The notes: generated from the sequence alone by a model not told the origin. A stretch of 64,000 nt of DNA from Chlorobium sp. (GCF_036528655.1 NZ_JAIGND010000006.1:90820-154819), one strand, 5' to 3'. Counted from the stretch's first letter, positions 20,051-30,556 are shown. Translations and numbers: made by a program.

Positions 20051-20080
20051 TAATTGATACCAATTTAGTATCAGTTAATT
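20051..20080. promoter_or_regulatory. Imperfect palindrome upstream of the Rrf2 gene (candidate Rrf2 operator)
   Basis: TAATTGATAC-CAATTTA-GTATCAGTTAATT. The core is TGATAC (20055-20060) N7 GTATCA (20068-20073), flanked by AATT on both sides. It lies 12-41 nt upstream of the rrf2 start codon (20039), just beyond the GGAGG RBS. Confidence 0.5.
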
Positions 20081-20224
20081 GAAAACAAAAATCTTTTTTA
20101 AAAATTCCCATAACCCACTCCCCCGAAAAAAAATGCTTTTCGGACGCATACCGGAAACTGCGGACTTACAGAACAACTTCATTCAGGAGAAACGAAGCCG
20201 GCTGAACTTTCCGCATCCGGCTTC

Positions 20225-21244
20225 ATGTTCTTATATTATCAGAACGCCGAACAGTATGACCCTCGGCACAACCCGATATTCCTGCACATCATGCTGCAAC
20301 TAAGAACCGCTGGTTACATGGCGCTCGATCTGCTCCGTGAAAGCAGGGCATTACCACCGTCATGGAACGATACCTCCGAGCTCGGAAGGAAGACGGACAA
20401 CCTCATGCGACGGTTTTATGCAGAACGATCTGCCGTATCGAAAAAGCTTGGGGGAAGTTTTTTTATCGAGGATCTGCTTGACAGAAGCCTGCGTACCGAT
20501 GAAACTGAAATCATGGACAGCCTTTCAGTTCCAATGCCAGAGAGACTCGAACTGGTCCGCGCGCTTGACCGCCAGAACAGATTCATGGGGCTGTATACCC
20601 ATTATGCGAAACTGATTTTTCCGCTGGTTCGCGAACTCTCATCGAAAAAGCAACGGAAGATCCGGCTGATCGAAATAGCCTGCGGATCAGGCGGACTCGC
20701 CCTGGCCCTTGCCGCAGAAGCCGCCAGGCAGAATCTGCCCCTGTCGGTGACCGCCTCGGATATCGTTCCGCTCTACATCGAGCAAGGCGAAAATGAGGCT
20801 CGCCGAAGGGAACTCCCGGTGCAATTCCTTCTGCTTGACGCCTGCAGACTGGATGAATCCTGTAAAGAGGAATTCGACATCACGCTTATCTCCCACAGCC
20901 TCCACCATTTCTCGCCGGGAGAAATTGCCGTCATGATAGCTGCTTCGGCTGCAAGAGGATCATCGGCATTCATTGGCATCGACGGATATCGAGATCTTCT
21001 GCTCGGCATCGGCATGCCACTGGTGGCCGCATTGCAATCCATTCCGGCTTTCGCCATGGACGGACTGACCTCGGCAAGGAAATTCTACTCGGAACCGGAG
21101 CTGAGCCTGATAGCGGAATCAGCCGCAGGATCAGGATGCCACACAATCAATCACTCATGGCCGACAAGCGTTCTGACCGTCCGTTTCGACACAGCAAAAA
21201 CAATACCATCGAAAACAACAAGCCAGAGGAGAACGGATCAATGA
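20225..21244 (+). CDS. Class I SAM-dependent methyltransferase
   Basis: SAM-binding motif [17 protein letters not shown], followed by ASDI and LISHSLHHF. The start is uncertain (ATG at 20225, 20291 or 20318). An 8-bp hairpin, GAAGCCGG...CCGGCTTC (20194-20224), abuts the first ATG. Confidence 0.7.
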   Translation: MFLYYQNAEQYDPRHNPIFLHIMLQLRTAGYMALDLLRESRALPPSWNDTSELGRKTDNLMRRFYAERSAVSKKLGGSFFIEDLLDRSLRTDETEIMDSLSVPMPERLELVRALDRQNRFMGLYTHYAKLIFPLVRELSSKKQRKIRLIEIACGSGGLALALAAEAARQNLPLSVTASDIVPLYIEQGENEARRRELPVQFLLLDACRLDESCKEEFDITLISHSLHHFSPGEIAVMIAASAARGSSAFIGIDGYRDLLLGIGMPLVAALQSIPAFAMDGLTSARKFYSEPELSLIAESAAGSGCHTINHSWPTSVLTVRFDTAKTIPSKTTSQRRTDQ

Positions 21245-21693
21245 ACATCGGAAAACTTGCAACCGGGGCGATTATCGTCTTTGCCGCAATTCAGGTCATA
21301 CCATATGGCCGCGATCACCGGAATCCCCCTGTCACCAGCGAACCATCCTGGGATTCGCCGGGAACCCGTGAACTGTTCTTCCGGGCCTGCAGGGACTGCC
21401 ACTCGAACGAAACCGACTGGCCATGGTACAGCAACATCGCCCCTGCATCATGGCTTGCACAGATCGATGTGAACATCGGGAGAGAGAAATTCAACGTATC
21501 CGAATGGGGACGCAAAGGGAAAAACGAAGGCGATGAAGCGGCCGAAGAGGTTCGCCGCGGAAAAATGCCCCCGTGGTTCTATCTGCCGGCCCACCCCGAA
21601 GCGAAACTTGACGATACCGAAAAAGAGGATCTGGTTCGCGGGCTTGTTGCAACTTTCGGAGAAAAGAAGCAGAAGAACGACGAAAAACACTGA
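21241..21693 (+). CDS. Haem-binding-domain protein (PF14376-like), N-terminally membrane anchored
   Basis: Start at [23 protein letters not shown]. It has a CRDCHSNET...WPWYSNIAP motif and MPPWFY. It overlaps the methyltransferase stop by 4 nt (ATGA). Confidence 0.7.
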   Translation: MNIGKLATGAIIVFAAIQVIPYGRDHRNPPVTSEPSWDSPGTRELFFRACRDCHSNETDWPWYSNIAPASWLAQIDVNIGREKFNVSEWGRKGKNEGDEAAEEVRRGKMPPWFYLPAHPEAKLDDTEKEDLVRGLVATFGEKKQKNDEKH

Positions 21694-21889
21694 GAACGAA
21701 AACATAACGATCACATCCGGCAGGTTCCGGGCTGGCTGACGTGCCGCCGGTCCGGCGCCGTCAATCAAAAGCGGAAAATCGCTTCCCGGCTGATATCCCG
21801 TTTTTGTTTCTTCACGAAAGCATATACCTTACACCAGGTACCTGTGCCTGCTTCCCAGGCTCGGCTTTAATCCGGATTATCCGCCCTAT

Positions 21890-22918
21890 ATGAGTTCTTC
21901 AGTGCATATCAGAAGTTCGATACTCGCCGAACAGCGATATTTTCTTCACATCAGCCTGTTTATCGCCACCGCTTTCTGCACGCTCTGGGCCGGAGCGTTC
22001 TGGTCGGGCCATCCCGTAAGGCTCGACAACCCTGCAATATTTCTCTCCGACCTCGCAAAGGGGGCACCCTATGCGGCATCGCTGCTTCTTTTCCTCGGCG
22101 TACACGAGTTCGGCCATTTTTTTGCGGCTCTTCACCACCGGATACGGGCAACCCTGCCGTTCTTCATTCCCGTTCCTCCGTTGCCATTCCTGCTCAATCT
22201 CGGAACCATGGGCGCGGTCATTAAAATCAGGGAACGGATACCCGATACGAAGTCGCTGTTCGATACCGGAGCCGCCGGCCCGCTCGCGGGCTTCGCGGTA
22301 TCCCTCGGCCTGCTGGTTTATGGATTTCTCAATCTTCCGCCGGAAAGCCATATCTATACTGTTCATCCGGAATACATCGCTATGGGAGGCATCCCGGACA
22401 ACCCTCCGGAAGGCACCCTTTATCTGGGTAAAAACCTGCTCTGGATGCTGCTCGAACAGTCGATCCGTCCGGATCGGCTGCCCCCGATGACTGAAATGTA
22501 CCATTACCCCTTCCTCTTTACAGGATGGATCGGCTCGTTCGTGACGGCCCTCAACCTGCTGCCCGTCGGACAGCTTGACGGCGGCCACATCATCTACGCC
22601 ATGTTCGGCAGAAAAGGTCACCTGAAAGCCGCCTCGGTTTTTTTATGGTTCATCTTTCTGCTCGCCCTTCCCTCGTTTATCGAACTGACAGGAGCGCTCT
22701 TCCTTCCCGAACTGCGTCTGCCGATTCCCGAAACCATCATGCAGTGGTCATGGCCCGGGTGGATGTTCTGGTTTATCATACTCTGGAGGGTAATCCGCAC
22801 CGGACACCCGCCGACCGCGTTCGATCATCGGCTCGACAGCCGGAGAATGGCTGTCGGCTGGATAGCCATTCTCATTTTCATGCTCTCATTCACACCTGTA
22901 CCGTTCGGCATAACATGA
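21890..22918 (+). CDS. Site-2 protease family (M50) membrane metalloprotease
   Basis: 342 aa, polytopic. HExxH in GVHEFGHFFAAL. The downstream LNLLPVGQLDGGH motif is typical of M50. Confidence 0.85.
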   Translation: MSSSVHIRSSILAEQRYFLHISLFIATAFCTLWAGAFWSGHPVRLDNPAIFLSDLAKGAPYAASLLLFLGVHEFGHFFAALHHRIRATLPFFIPVPPLPFLLNLGTMGAVIKIRERIPDTKSLFDTGAAGPLAGFAVSLGLLVYGFLNLPPESHIYTVHPEYIAMGGIPDNPPEGTLYLGKNLLWMLLEQSIRPDRLPPMTEMYHYPFLFTGWIGSFVTALNLLPVGQLDGGHIIYAMFGRKGHLKAASVFLWFIFLLALPSFIELTGALFLPELRLPIPETIMQWSWPGWMFWFIILWRVIRTGHPPTAFDHRLDSRRMAVGWIAILIFMLSFTPVPFGIT

Positions 22919-23817
22919 AACACTCCGGTCAGGAACATTACCTGCTCGACTGCAGGGACACCATGCTCGACCTGCGCAAAAGCCCGGCCGTCATGGGAAT
23001 TGTCAACCTCACTCCCGACTCGTTTTCCGACGGCGGAAAATTCGGCGACCAGGCCGGTTTGCCTGATATCGATCTGGCGGTAGAGCACGCCCTGCAGATG
23101 GTGCGGGAAGGAGCTGCCATTATCGATATCGGCGGAGAATCAACCCGTCCCGGCGCGGAACGCATCGCTGCAGTCGATGAAATACGGCGTACTCTCCCGG
23201 TCATCGCCAGGCTGCGGAAGCAAACCGACGTGCTCATTTCCATCGACACATACAAGGCCGAAGTCGCCGAAGCCGCTCTAAAGGCCGGAGCCCAGATCGT
23301 CAACGATATTTCAGGATTCAACTTTGATCCTCTCCTTCCTGCTGTCTGCCGGAAACACCGTGCTGCCGCTGTGCTCATGCACACCCCCGTCACACCGCAG
23401 GCCATGAAATGGAGCCAGGAAACGACAAGCACTGAAAACGATGTGACTGCAACCGTGATGGAATGCCTGAAGGAAGCCGCAATAAGGGCACGAAATGCCG
23501 GAGTCGAAAGCATAGTACTCGATCCCGGATTCGGTTTCGGCAAGAGCGTCGATGAAAACTTCATGCTGCTCGGCAACCTTTCAAGGCTGCGGAAACTCGG
23601 CTATCCGATTCTTGCCGGAGTATCCAGAAAGTCTTTTCTCGGCGAGGCGATCAGAAAAAACGGCAAAACGCCGCCTCCGGAAGAACGGCACGAAGCCACA
23701 ACTGCAGCGCAAACCATCGCGCTCCTGAACGGAGCCTCCATCATAAGGGCTCACGATGTAAGGGCAGCCACACAGGCGCTCGCTGTAGTCGAAACCATGA
23801 AACACAGTCACTTATAA
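22915..23817 (+). CDS. folP: Dihydropteroate synthase
   Basis: Start at ATG 22915, overlapping the M50 stop (ATGA). Motifs: VMGIVNLTPDSFSDGG, IIDIGGESTRPG, DPGFGFGK, ASIIRAHDV. Confidence 0.92.
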   Translation: MKHSGQEHYLLDCRDTMLDLRKSPAVMGIVNLTPDSFSDGGKFGDQAGLPDIDLAVEHALQMVREGAAIIDIGGESTRPGAERIAAVDEIRRTLPVIARLRKQTDVLISIDTYKAEVAEAALKAGAQIVNDISGFNFDPLLPAVCRKHRAAAVLMHTPVTPQAMKWSQETTSTENDVTATVMECLKEAAIRARNAGVESIVLDPGFGFGKSVDENFMLLGNLSRLRKLGYPILAGVSRKSFLGEAIRKNGKTPPPEERHEATTAAQTIALLNGASIIRAHDVRAATQALAVVETMKHSHL

Positions 23818-23909
23818 AGGGCCGCAAAGGGTATTTCCGGTTTACCCCGTATTATATTACCCTGCTGTTCCTATCCGCCTGAACGGAATTGTAAAACAAG
23901 AGCGAATGC

Positions 23910-26900
23910 ATGTACCTTTCTAAAATCGAGCTCTTCGGGTTCAAGAGTTTCGCGCACAGGATAAGAATATCCTTCGACAAAGGACTCACTGCCATCGTAG
24001 GACCGAACGGTTGCGGAAAAACCAATGTCGTTGACGCCATACGCTGGGTGCTCGGCGAGCAGCGCACATCCCTGCTCCGTTCGGCAAAAATGGAGAACAT
24101 CATTTTCAACGGCTCGAAAAACCTGAAACCTCTCAGTCTGACCGAGGTATCCATCACTATCGAGAATACCCGCAATGTCCTGCCTGTGGAATATACGGAA
24201 GTTACGGTAACGCGCCGGCTTTACCGGAACGGGGAGAGCGATTACCTGCTCAACCAGGTTCCCTGCCGTCTCAAGGATATACTCGACCTGTTTACCGATA
24301 CCGGCATGGGCAGCGATGCCTATTCGGTGATCGAACTGAAAATGATCGAGGAGATCATCAGCAACAAAAGCGAGGAACGTCTGAAACTCTTCGAAGAAGC
24401 CGCCGGCATAACCCGTTATAAACAGCGAAGAAAACAGACCTTCAAACAGCTTGAAAGCGCATCGAGAGACCTTTCCAGGGTCGACGACGTGGTGGCCGAA
24501 GTCGAAAAAAAGGTACGCAGCCTTAAACTGCAGGTAAAAAAAGCCGAAAAACTCAGGGAGATCAGGGAGGAGATAAGGAAACTCGACCTTCTGCTCGGGG
24601 GGATCGTCCTGCATGAACAACTCGAAAAACTCGGTCCTCTTAAAAAGCGGATCGAACGCGAAGAAGCCTTGTGTCACGAGCTTGCCGCGACCATCGCACT
24701 GAGCGACAGCAGATTACAGGCAAACGAACTGCTGCAGCTCCGGCGCGAAGAGGAGCTCTCCCTCGCCCGGAAACGTCTCAATGCAGGCAATACGGCGATT
24801 CATGATCTTGAAAAAAAACTGCTGCAGCTCGAGGAAAAACAAAAAAACCTCGCGGCCGCGTATGGCAGCAGCCGTCTTTCCCTTCAGGAGAAGCAGGAAA
24901 AAACCCTCACGATCGAACGTCGGCTGAAGGAACTCGACGAACGGAAACTGCCGCTTGAAATCTCCTGTAACGCGAAGCTGGAAGAATATCGCCTGCTCCT
25001 GTCGGAACATGACCGGCTGAACGCCGAACTGCAGGAACAGCGCAATGCAATCGCAGGAAAAAGACGGAATGCCGCCGATATCGAAAAAACCGTCGGCAGG
25101 CTTCTGCTGGCTCGACAAAACCTTGAAAACCGCAGCGAACACCTTCGCTCGTCGCTGCAGCGGGCAGGGATTTCCAAATCCGCTGCCGCCGCTCATATAG
25201 GCAACCAGCAGGCCCTCCGAAAAAACATCGAAGGAGAGATAGCGCTTCAGAAATCCCGGATAGCGGCAGCAAAGGAGAAAGAAGCCCGACTGAACAGTGA
25301 GATGGAGAACATCTCGGCTGCTATAGAGACCCATCGGGAAGAGATGCTTTCAATGAAAACCGAACGCAGCCATATCGATAACAGTATCGCTCTGTTCAAT
25401 GCCGTTCTCCAAAATTTCGAAGGGCTGCCGGAAGGAATCGCCTTTCTCGAAAAGCATAAAGCCGGAGAAACTGCGCCCGGCTGCCTTTCGGACCTGATCG
25501 CACTCGATGCCGCCCACAGGAAAGCTGTGCATGCCGCACTTGGTGAAGCGCTCAGTTATTATGTCTGCCGTTCTCCTGAAGAAGCCCTGAAGGCAATGAA
25601 ACTCCTGCAGCAATCGAAAAAAGGCAAACTGCACTTTCTGGTACTCGATCTGGTCAGAACCCCTGAAGACAGCTCGAAAATAGCGCCTGAAGGCACCATG
25701 AGGCTGATCGATCTGCTGAGCTTTCCTGAAGAACTCGCCCCTTCGCTGGAACTGCTGATCGGTAACTGCTGTCTGGTCAACACCCTTGAAGAGGGGGAAA
25801 GACTCTCGAAACATTGTATGGAATCGGTATTCGTAACCCCGGATGGCGACAAGTTCAACGCAAAAGGCATCATCTACGGAGGCAGTCCTCAAGACAGCGA
25901 GATACTCCGGCTCGGAAAAAAGGCCGAACGGGACCTTCTGATGAAAAAAAAGTCCGAAATAAGTGATCAGATCGACAAAGCCGAATCGGTACTGATCGGG
26001 CTCCGAAGCAAATCGGAATCCATCGCCTCCGAAATAAAACTGCTGGAGATCGAACCGCTGCTCTACGCACTCACGCATCTTGAAAAAAAACTTGCCCTTG
26101 CCGAGGCTGAAGAAAACTCTCGCAGGGAGATGCTCAAACAGGCCGAGCAGGAGATTGCCGAATTCGCTTCGCGCCATGAAGAACTCGAACGGGAAACCCA
26201 GGCGCTTGAACCGGAAATAGCACATCACGAACAGCAGCTCCGGCTCATGCAGCAATCCATCGGAAAAGCCCAGGAAATACTCGCCGAGTTCGAATCAAGG
26301 CACCACCGGTCAAGCCATGAACTGCAATCCCGTCAGAGTCTGCACCGTGACGCGGTGCTTGAACTTGAAAAACTGCAGTTCAGCATCAATGCTTCGCGTC
26401 AGACCCTCAAAGCCGTTGAGGATGATATCAGAAAGCTTGAACGTAACGCTGCGGATACCCGAAAAAGCATCGGAGAAACAGAACGGACATCTGCGGAACT
26501 GAAAAACGAACTGGAACAACATCTCGTAAGAGCCGCAGAAGAACAGGAATCGCAAAAAACACTTGAAACAATCTGCCGCGAACTGCAGGCAGGCAATCAG
26601 GAAGCCCGGAACGCACAACGAGAACTGCGAAGAAAACACGACATAAGCCGGGAACTGGTTACAGAACTTCAGAATGAACAGATCCGATCCGAACAGCTGC
26701 TCGATCATCTTCTGACCGCTGTCAAGGTCCGCCATAATTGCGATCTCGATGCCGTCGACCCTTCGGAACTGCCCGGCGGTTTTAACCGGCCGGAGGAGGA
26801 AAAACGTCTCGAAACCCTTCAGAAACAACGGGAGCAGTTCGGAGCGGTCAATGAACTCGCGCTCGAAGAATACGAAACGGAAAAAGAGAGGCTCGATTTC

Positions 26901-27446
26901 CTCCTGGCCCAGAAAGCAGACCTGCTCTCGGCGGAAAATCAGCTGCGCAGCACTATTGAGGAAATTAACAAAACCGCGCTCCAGAAATTCAGGGAAACCT
27001 ATGCCGCGGTAAGAAAAAACTTCATCACTATCTTCCATGAGCTTTTCGATCCTGAAGACGAAGTCGATCTGCTCGTCAGCAGCTCCGAAGACCCGCTCGA
27101 AGCGCATATCGAAATCGTAGCGAAACCCAGAGGCAAAAAGCCGCTCTCGATCGAACAGCTCAGCGGAGGCGAAAAAGCCCTGACCGCGCTTTCGCTCCTC
27201 TTCGCGATCTATCTCGTCAAACCCAGTCCATTCTGTATTCTCGACGAAGTGGACGCTCCCCTCGACGACGCCAATGTGGGGAGGTTCATTAAACTCTTGA
27301 AAAAATTTGAGAATAACACTCAATTTATTATTGTTACGCACAACAAGAAATCCATGGCATCATGCCAGGCACTGTATGGCGTAACCATGGAGGAAGAAGG
27401 GGTGTCGAAACTCATTCCCGTCCGCCTTGAAAAATCGGGGCTCTGA
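23910..27446 (+). CDS. smc: Chromosome segregation protein SMC
   Basis: 1178 aa. Walker A FDKGLTAIVGPNGCGKTN. Long coiled-coil arms with a central hinge. C-terminal signature LSGGEKALTALSLLFA and Walker B ILDEVDAPLD. Confidence 0.97.
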   Translation: MYLSKIELFGFKSFAHRIRISFDKGLTAIVGPNGCGKTNVVDAIRWVLGEQRTSLLRSAKMENIIFNGSKNLKPLSLTEVSITIENTRNVLPVEYTEVTVTRRLYRNGESDYLLNQVPCRLKDILDLFTDTGMGSDAYSVIELKMIEEIISNKSEERLKLFEEAAGITRYKQRRKQTFKQLESASRDLSRVDDVVAEVEKKVRSLKLQVKKAEKLREIREEIRKLDLLLGGIVLHEQLEKLGPLKKRIEREEALCHELAATIALSDSRLQANELLQLRREEELSLARKRLNAGNTAIHDLEKKLLQLEEKQKNLAAAYGSSRLSLQEKQEKTLTIERRLKELDERKLPLEISCNAKLEEYRLLLSEHDRLNAELQEQRNAIAGKRRNAADIEKTVGRLLLARQNLENRSEHLRSSLQRAGISKSAAAAHIGNQQALRKNIEGEIALQKSRIAAAKEKEARLNSEMENISAAIETHREEMLSMKTERSHIDNSIALFNAVLQNFEGLPEGIAFLEKHKAGETAPGCLSDLIALDAAHRKAVHAALGEALSYYVCRSPEEALKAMKLLQQSKKGKLHFLVLDLVRTPEDSSKIAPEGTMRLIDLLSFPEELAPSLELLIGNCCLVNTLEEGERLSKHCMESVFVTPDGDKFNAKGIIYGGSPQDSEILRLGKKAERDLLMKKKSEISDQIDKAESVLIGLRSKSESIASEIKLLEIEPLLYALTHLEKKLALAEAEENSRREMLKQAEQEIAEFASRHEELERETQALEPEIAHHEQQLRLMQQSIGKAQEILAEFESRHHRSSHELQSRQSLHRDAVLELEKLQFSINASRQTLKAVEDDIRKLERNAADTRKSIGETERTSAELKNELEQHLVRAAEEQESQKTLETICRELQAGNQEARNAQRELRRKHDISRELVTELQNEQIRSEQLLDHLLTAVKVRHNCDLDAVDPSELPGGFNRPEEEKRLETLQKQREQFGAVNELALEEYETEKERLDFLLAQKADLLSAENQLRSTIEEINKTALQKFRETYAAVRKNFITIFHELFDPEDEVDLLVSSSEDPLEAHIEIVAKPRGKKPLSIEQLSGGEKALTALSLLFAIYLVKPSPFCILDEVDAPLDDANVGRFIKLLKKFENNTQFIIVTHNKKSMASCQALYGVTMEEEGVSKLIPVRLEKSGL

Positions 27447-27463
27447 ACCCGCAGTAGGTTTTT

Positions 27464-28156
27464 ATGCTGAAAAAACTCGTGTTATTTGATATAGACGGAA
27501 CGTTGCTCAAGGTGGGCAACATCAACAGGCGCATCCTCATGGAAGCGCTCGTTGAAATCTACGGCACCGAAGGCAGTGCCGCAACACACGATTTTTCGGG
27601 CAGGATGGACAGCACCATCATTTATGACGTACTCGGCGATACCGGAATCGCAAGAGAAAAAATCGAAGAAAAGTTCGAAGCGGCAAAGCAATCCTACATC
27701 AGAAGATTTCGAAAAGAGACGCAAAAATCGGACATCACCCTTCTGTCAGGTGTACCTGAACTGCTCAGGAACCTTGCCGGACGCGCTGACATCCTTCTGG
27801 GTCTGCTCACAGGCAATTTTGAAGCATCCGGAAGGCACAAACTCCATCTTCCGGGTATCGACCACTACTTTTCATTCGGTGCATTTGCAGACGACGGCAT
27901 GCATCGAAACGATCTCCCGCCTGTAGCGGTCGAACGCGCTTACCGGATAACCGGCAGACGGTTCACCGGCTCAGACATCGTCATCATCGGCGACACCGTC
28001 CACGACATAACCTGCGCCCGCGTGCTCAACGGACGCTCCATCGCTGTTGCAACCGGGAACTTCTCCATAAACGATCTCCGGAAACACAATCCTTCCGAAC
28101 TGTTTGAAAACTTAAGCCGGACGGAATACGTTATCCATTCGATACTCAAACCGTAA
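27464..28156 (+). CDS. HAD superfamily hydrolase (phosphoglycolate phosphatase-like)
   Basis: 230 aa with LFDIDGTLL (motif I), LLTGN and IIGDTVHDI (motif IV). Confidence 0.8.
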   Translation: MLKKLVLFDIDGTLLKVGNINRRILMEALVEIYGTEGSAATHDFSGRMDSTIIYDVLGDTGIAREKIEEKFEAAKQSYIRRFRKETQKSDITLLSGVPELLRNLAGRADILLGLLTGNFEASGRHKLHLPGIDHYFSFGAFADDGMHRNDLPPVAVERAYRITGRRFTGSDIVIIGDTVHDITCARVLNGRSIAVATGNFSINDLRKHNPSELFENLSRTEYVIHSILKP

Positions 28157-28177
28157 CACTCAATCGACCGCTCTTAT

Positions 28178-28672
28178 ATGAAAACCTATCGACGCCAGAT
28201 CAGGGAAAAAATATTACAGGCACTCTACACCATCGAACTCCGCGACACCGATATAGATTCCGCAGCCGGATGGCTCCTGACCACGGAAATAATCGAGGAC
28301 GCCAACGCCATGAAGTTCTTCAACCTGCTCATCGGGAGCATAAAGGAGCATATGCATGAGATCGACCGCTATATCGCCGATCATACCTTCAACTGGGACA
28401 TGAACCGGATTGCCATTATCGATAAAAACATCCTCCGGATGGCCCTTGCAGAAATCCTCTATTGCGAGGACATACCGCCGAAAGTCTCGATAAACGAAGC
28501 GATAGAGATTGCAAAAAAATTCAGCAGCACAGACAAAAGCAGCAAATTCGTGAACGGTATTCTCGACGCGATTTTCAACGATCTCAAGGCACAGGGAAAA
28601 ATCCATAAAAACGGCAGGGGGCTGATCGATCATTCGACCGCGAAACTGCAGAAAACCGCACCGGAAAAATAA
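28178..28672 (+). CDS. nusB: Transcription antitermination factor NusB
   Basis: 164 aa. [45 protein letters not shown] and KFVNGILD are NusB family motifs. Confidence 0.9.
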   Translation: MKTYRRQIREKILQALYTIELRDTDIDSAAGWLLTTEIIEDANAMKFFNLLIGSIKEHMHEIDRYIADHTFNWDMNRIAIIDKNILRMALAEILYCEDIPPKVSINEAIEIAKKFSSTDKSSKFVNGILDAIFNDLKAQGKIHKNGRGLIDHSTAKLQKTAPEK

Positions 28673-28701
28673 CCTGTCAGTTGAACAGACCGAACAGACA
28701 G

Positions 28702-29394
28702 ATGCAGAGCATACCTTCTGAAAACAACAGGATCATTGCCATCGGAGATATTCACGGTTGCCATCGCTCCCTGCTGAACCTGCTTGACACTATCGGACCG
28801 CAGGCTTCCGATCAGCTTGTTTTTCTCGGAGACTACATCGACCGGGGTCCAGGCTCGAAAGAGGTGATCGAAACCCTCATCGAACTCCACAGATGCCATA
28901 CCTGTTTTTTTCTCATGGGAAACCATGAACTGATGTACCTGGATTACCTTGATACACGGGACCCTGTAAGCTGGTTCTATAACGGAGGACAGGCCACCCT
29001 GTTTTCGTACGGCAGCGACGACGGACTCGACCTTCCCGAAAAGCATGTCGATTTCATGCGGAACTGCCGCCCTTTTCTGGAAACCGAGAACTATTTCTTT
29101 GCCCACGGAGGGCTGGACCCCGAACTGTCTGTCGCGGACAACCTGAAGTATTACAAACCCGAAGAGTTCTGCTGGCAAAGGGTGCATATGAGAACGTCGT
29201 TTCTTGAAAGCAGAAGCTACCGGTGGGAAAAAACCCTGGTCTGCGCACACACGCCTGTCCCCAAACCGGTGATGCTCGACCGGCTCATAGCCATAGACAC
29301 CGGTTGCGTCTATAACGAAAATCCGCTCCTTGGCAAACTGACGGCAGTCCTGCTTCCGGAACGGAAAATCATGCAGACCGACAACATCGACTGA
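28702..29394 (+). CDS. Metallophosphoesterase (Ser/Thr phosphatase / ApaH-like)
   Basis: GDIHGC, GDYIDRG, GNHE and AHGG motifs in order. ATG at 28702 (the track ORF uses TTG at 28681). Confidence 0.85.
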   Translation: MQSIPSENNRIIAIGDIHGCHRSLLNLLDTIGPQASDQLVFLGDYIDRGPGSKEVIETLIELHRCHTCFFLMGNHELMYLDYLDTRDPVSWFYNGGQATLFSYGSDDGLDLPEKHVDFMRNCRPFLETENYFFAHGGLDPELSVADNLKYYKPEEFCWQRVHMRTSFLESRSYRWEKTLVCAHTPVPKPVMLDRLIAIDTGCVYNENPLLGKLTAVLLPERKIMQTDNID

Positions 29395-29400
29395 ACACAC

Positions 29401-30039
29401 ATGACCATCGCCGCAGAGAAAAAAATCGCCGTCATAAGGGAAATACTCGGACGGGTCTACCCGGACCCGAAAAGCGAACTTGTTTACGAAACCCCTTTCC
29501 AGCTGCTTATCGCAACCATTCTTGCGGCACAGTCAACTGACAAACAGGTCAACATCCTTACAAAAGAGCTTTTCAGAGTCTGCCCCGACGCGACGGCGAT
29601 GAGCAGGATGGATCTCGATTCGATCACAAGCCTCGTCCGCTCTATCAACTATTTCAACAACAAGGCGAAAAACATCCTTGCCGTCAGCCGGAAACTTGTC
29701 GAAGAGTATCAGGGAGAGGTGCCCGCATCGAGAGAAGCGCTGGAAAGCCTGCCGGGGGTCGGCAGAAAAACGGCAAACGTGGTGCTCAGCAATGCCTTCC
29801 GCCAGCCGGTCATGCCGGTCGATACCCATGTGCACCGGGTATCGAACCGTCTCGGACTGGTGCATACGTCAAAACCCGAAAATACTGAAGCAGGACTCAT
29901 CGCCATCATTCCCGAGGAGTGGGTCATCGATTTCCACCACTACCTCCTGCTGCACGGCCGCTATACCTGCAAGGCAAAAAAACCCGAATGCGGGAAGTGC
30001 CAGCTCCGGGATATCTGCGACTGGCCGGATAAAGATTAA
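29401..30039 (+). CDS. nth: Endonuclease III
   Basis: 212 aa. HhH-GPD motif LPGVGRKTANVVL, catalytic PVDTHV, C-terminal 4Fe-4S loop CKAKKPECGKCQLRDIC. Confidence 0.95.
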   Translation: MTIAAEKKIAVIREILGRVYPDPKSELVYETPFQLLIATILAAQSTDKQVNILTKELFRVCPDATAMSRMDLDSITSLVRSINYFNNKAKNILAVSRKLVEEYQGEVPASREALESLPGVGRKTANVVLSNAFRQPVMPVDTHVHRVSNRLGLVHTSKPENTEAGLIAIIPEEWVIDFHHYLLLHGRYTCKAKKPECGKCQLRDICDWPDKD

Positions 30040-30485
30040 CCCAGCTCTATCTTACGATCCACGGCGTAGATCCACTCGCCTTCGGGACGCTGGCGGTTTC
30101 CTGCCCAGAGTTCAAGCGTTATGCCTTTCGACTCGGAAACGGGAGAGGTGAATATCTCGATCTGATAGAACAACTCGTCGAACAGATCGGCCCAGGCGCT
30201 CTCCTCTTTGCCGGAGAATGCCGGCATGGGCACAAGCGACATTTCGCCTGCAAGAAAGTAATCGGTGATGTAAACAAAACTGTCAGGCATCAGAAACCCG
30301 CCTCGAAAGGTCCCTCTCGAATGCTTCACGCCGGGCACTTCTACCCAGAATTCGAGCAGCGAATCAGCGCCAAGCTTTCCATCCGCAGCGAGTTTTTCGA
30401 GCAGCTGCCGAACGGTCCCGGCAACAAGCGCCTTATTGGAGCCGGACAGCTCATGCATTTTAAAATCGGGAGTATGATCTCTCAT
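30036..30485 (-). CDS. Hypothetical protein (no family recognised), directly downstream of pabBC
   Basis: The ORF 30036..30560 begins with TTG overlapping the pabBC stop. The first ATG gives MRDHTPDFKMHELSG... (about 149 aa). I recognise no motifs. Its 3' end overlaps the nth stop by 4 nt on the opposite strand. Confidence 0.5.
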   Translation of the reverse strand: MRDHTPDFKMHELSGSNKALVAGTVRQLLEKLAADGKLGADSLLEFWVEVPGVKHSRGTFRGGFLMPDSFVYITDYFLAGEMSLVPMPAFSGKEESAWADLFDELFYQIEIFTSPVSESKGITLELWAGNRQRPEGEWIYAVDRKIELG

Positions 30486-30556
30486 AAAAGGCGTGGTATT
30501 ATGGTGGATGAAAGCTGTGACCTTAGCTGTAAATATAAACCTGTTTCGTTTTCTTA

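Noticed and set aside
20079-20303. A 74-aa ORF in the rrf2/methyltransferase intergenic region.
   Set aside because: It has no RBS, a low-complexity translation, and overlaps the operator and promoter region and the methyltransferase start.
23871-27341. Minus-strand ORFs of 200-340 aa (23871-24677, 24714-25334, 25350-26255, 26310-27341) inside smc.
   Set aside because: They lie antisense to the SMC coiled-coil region. Runs of Glu/Lys/Leu codons read backwards give Phe/Leu/Ser-rich open frames, not genes.
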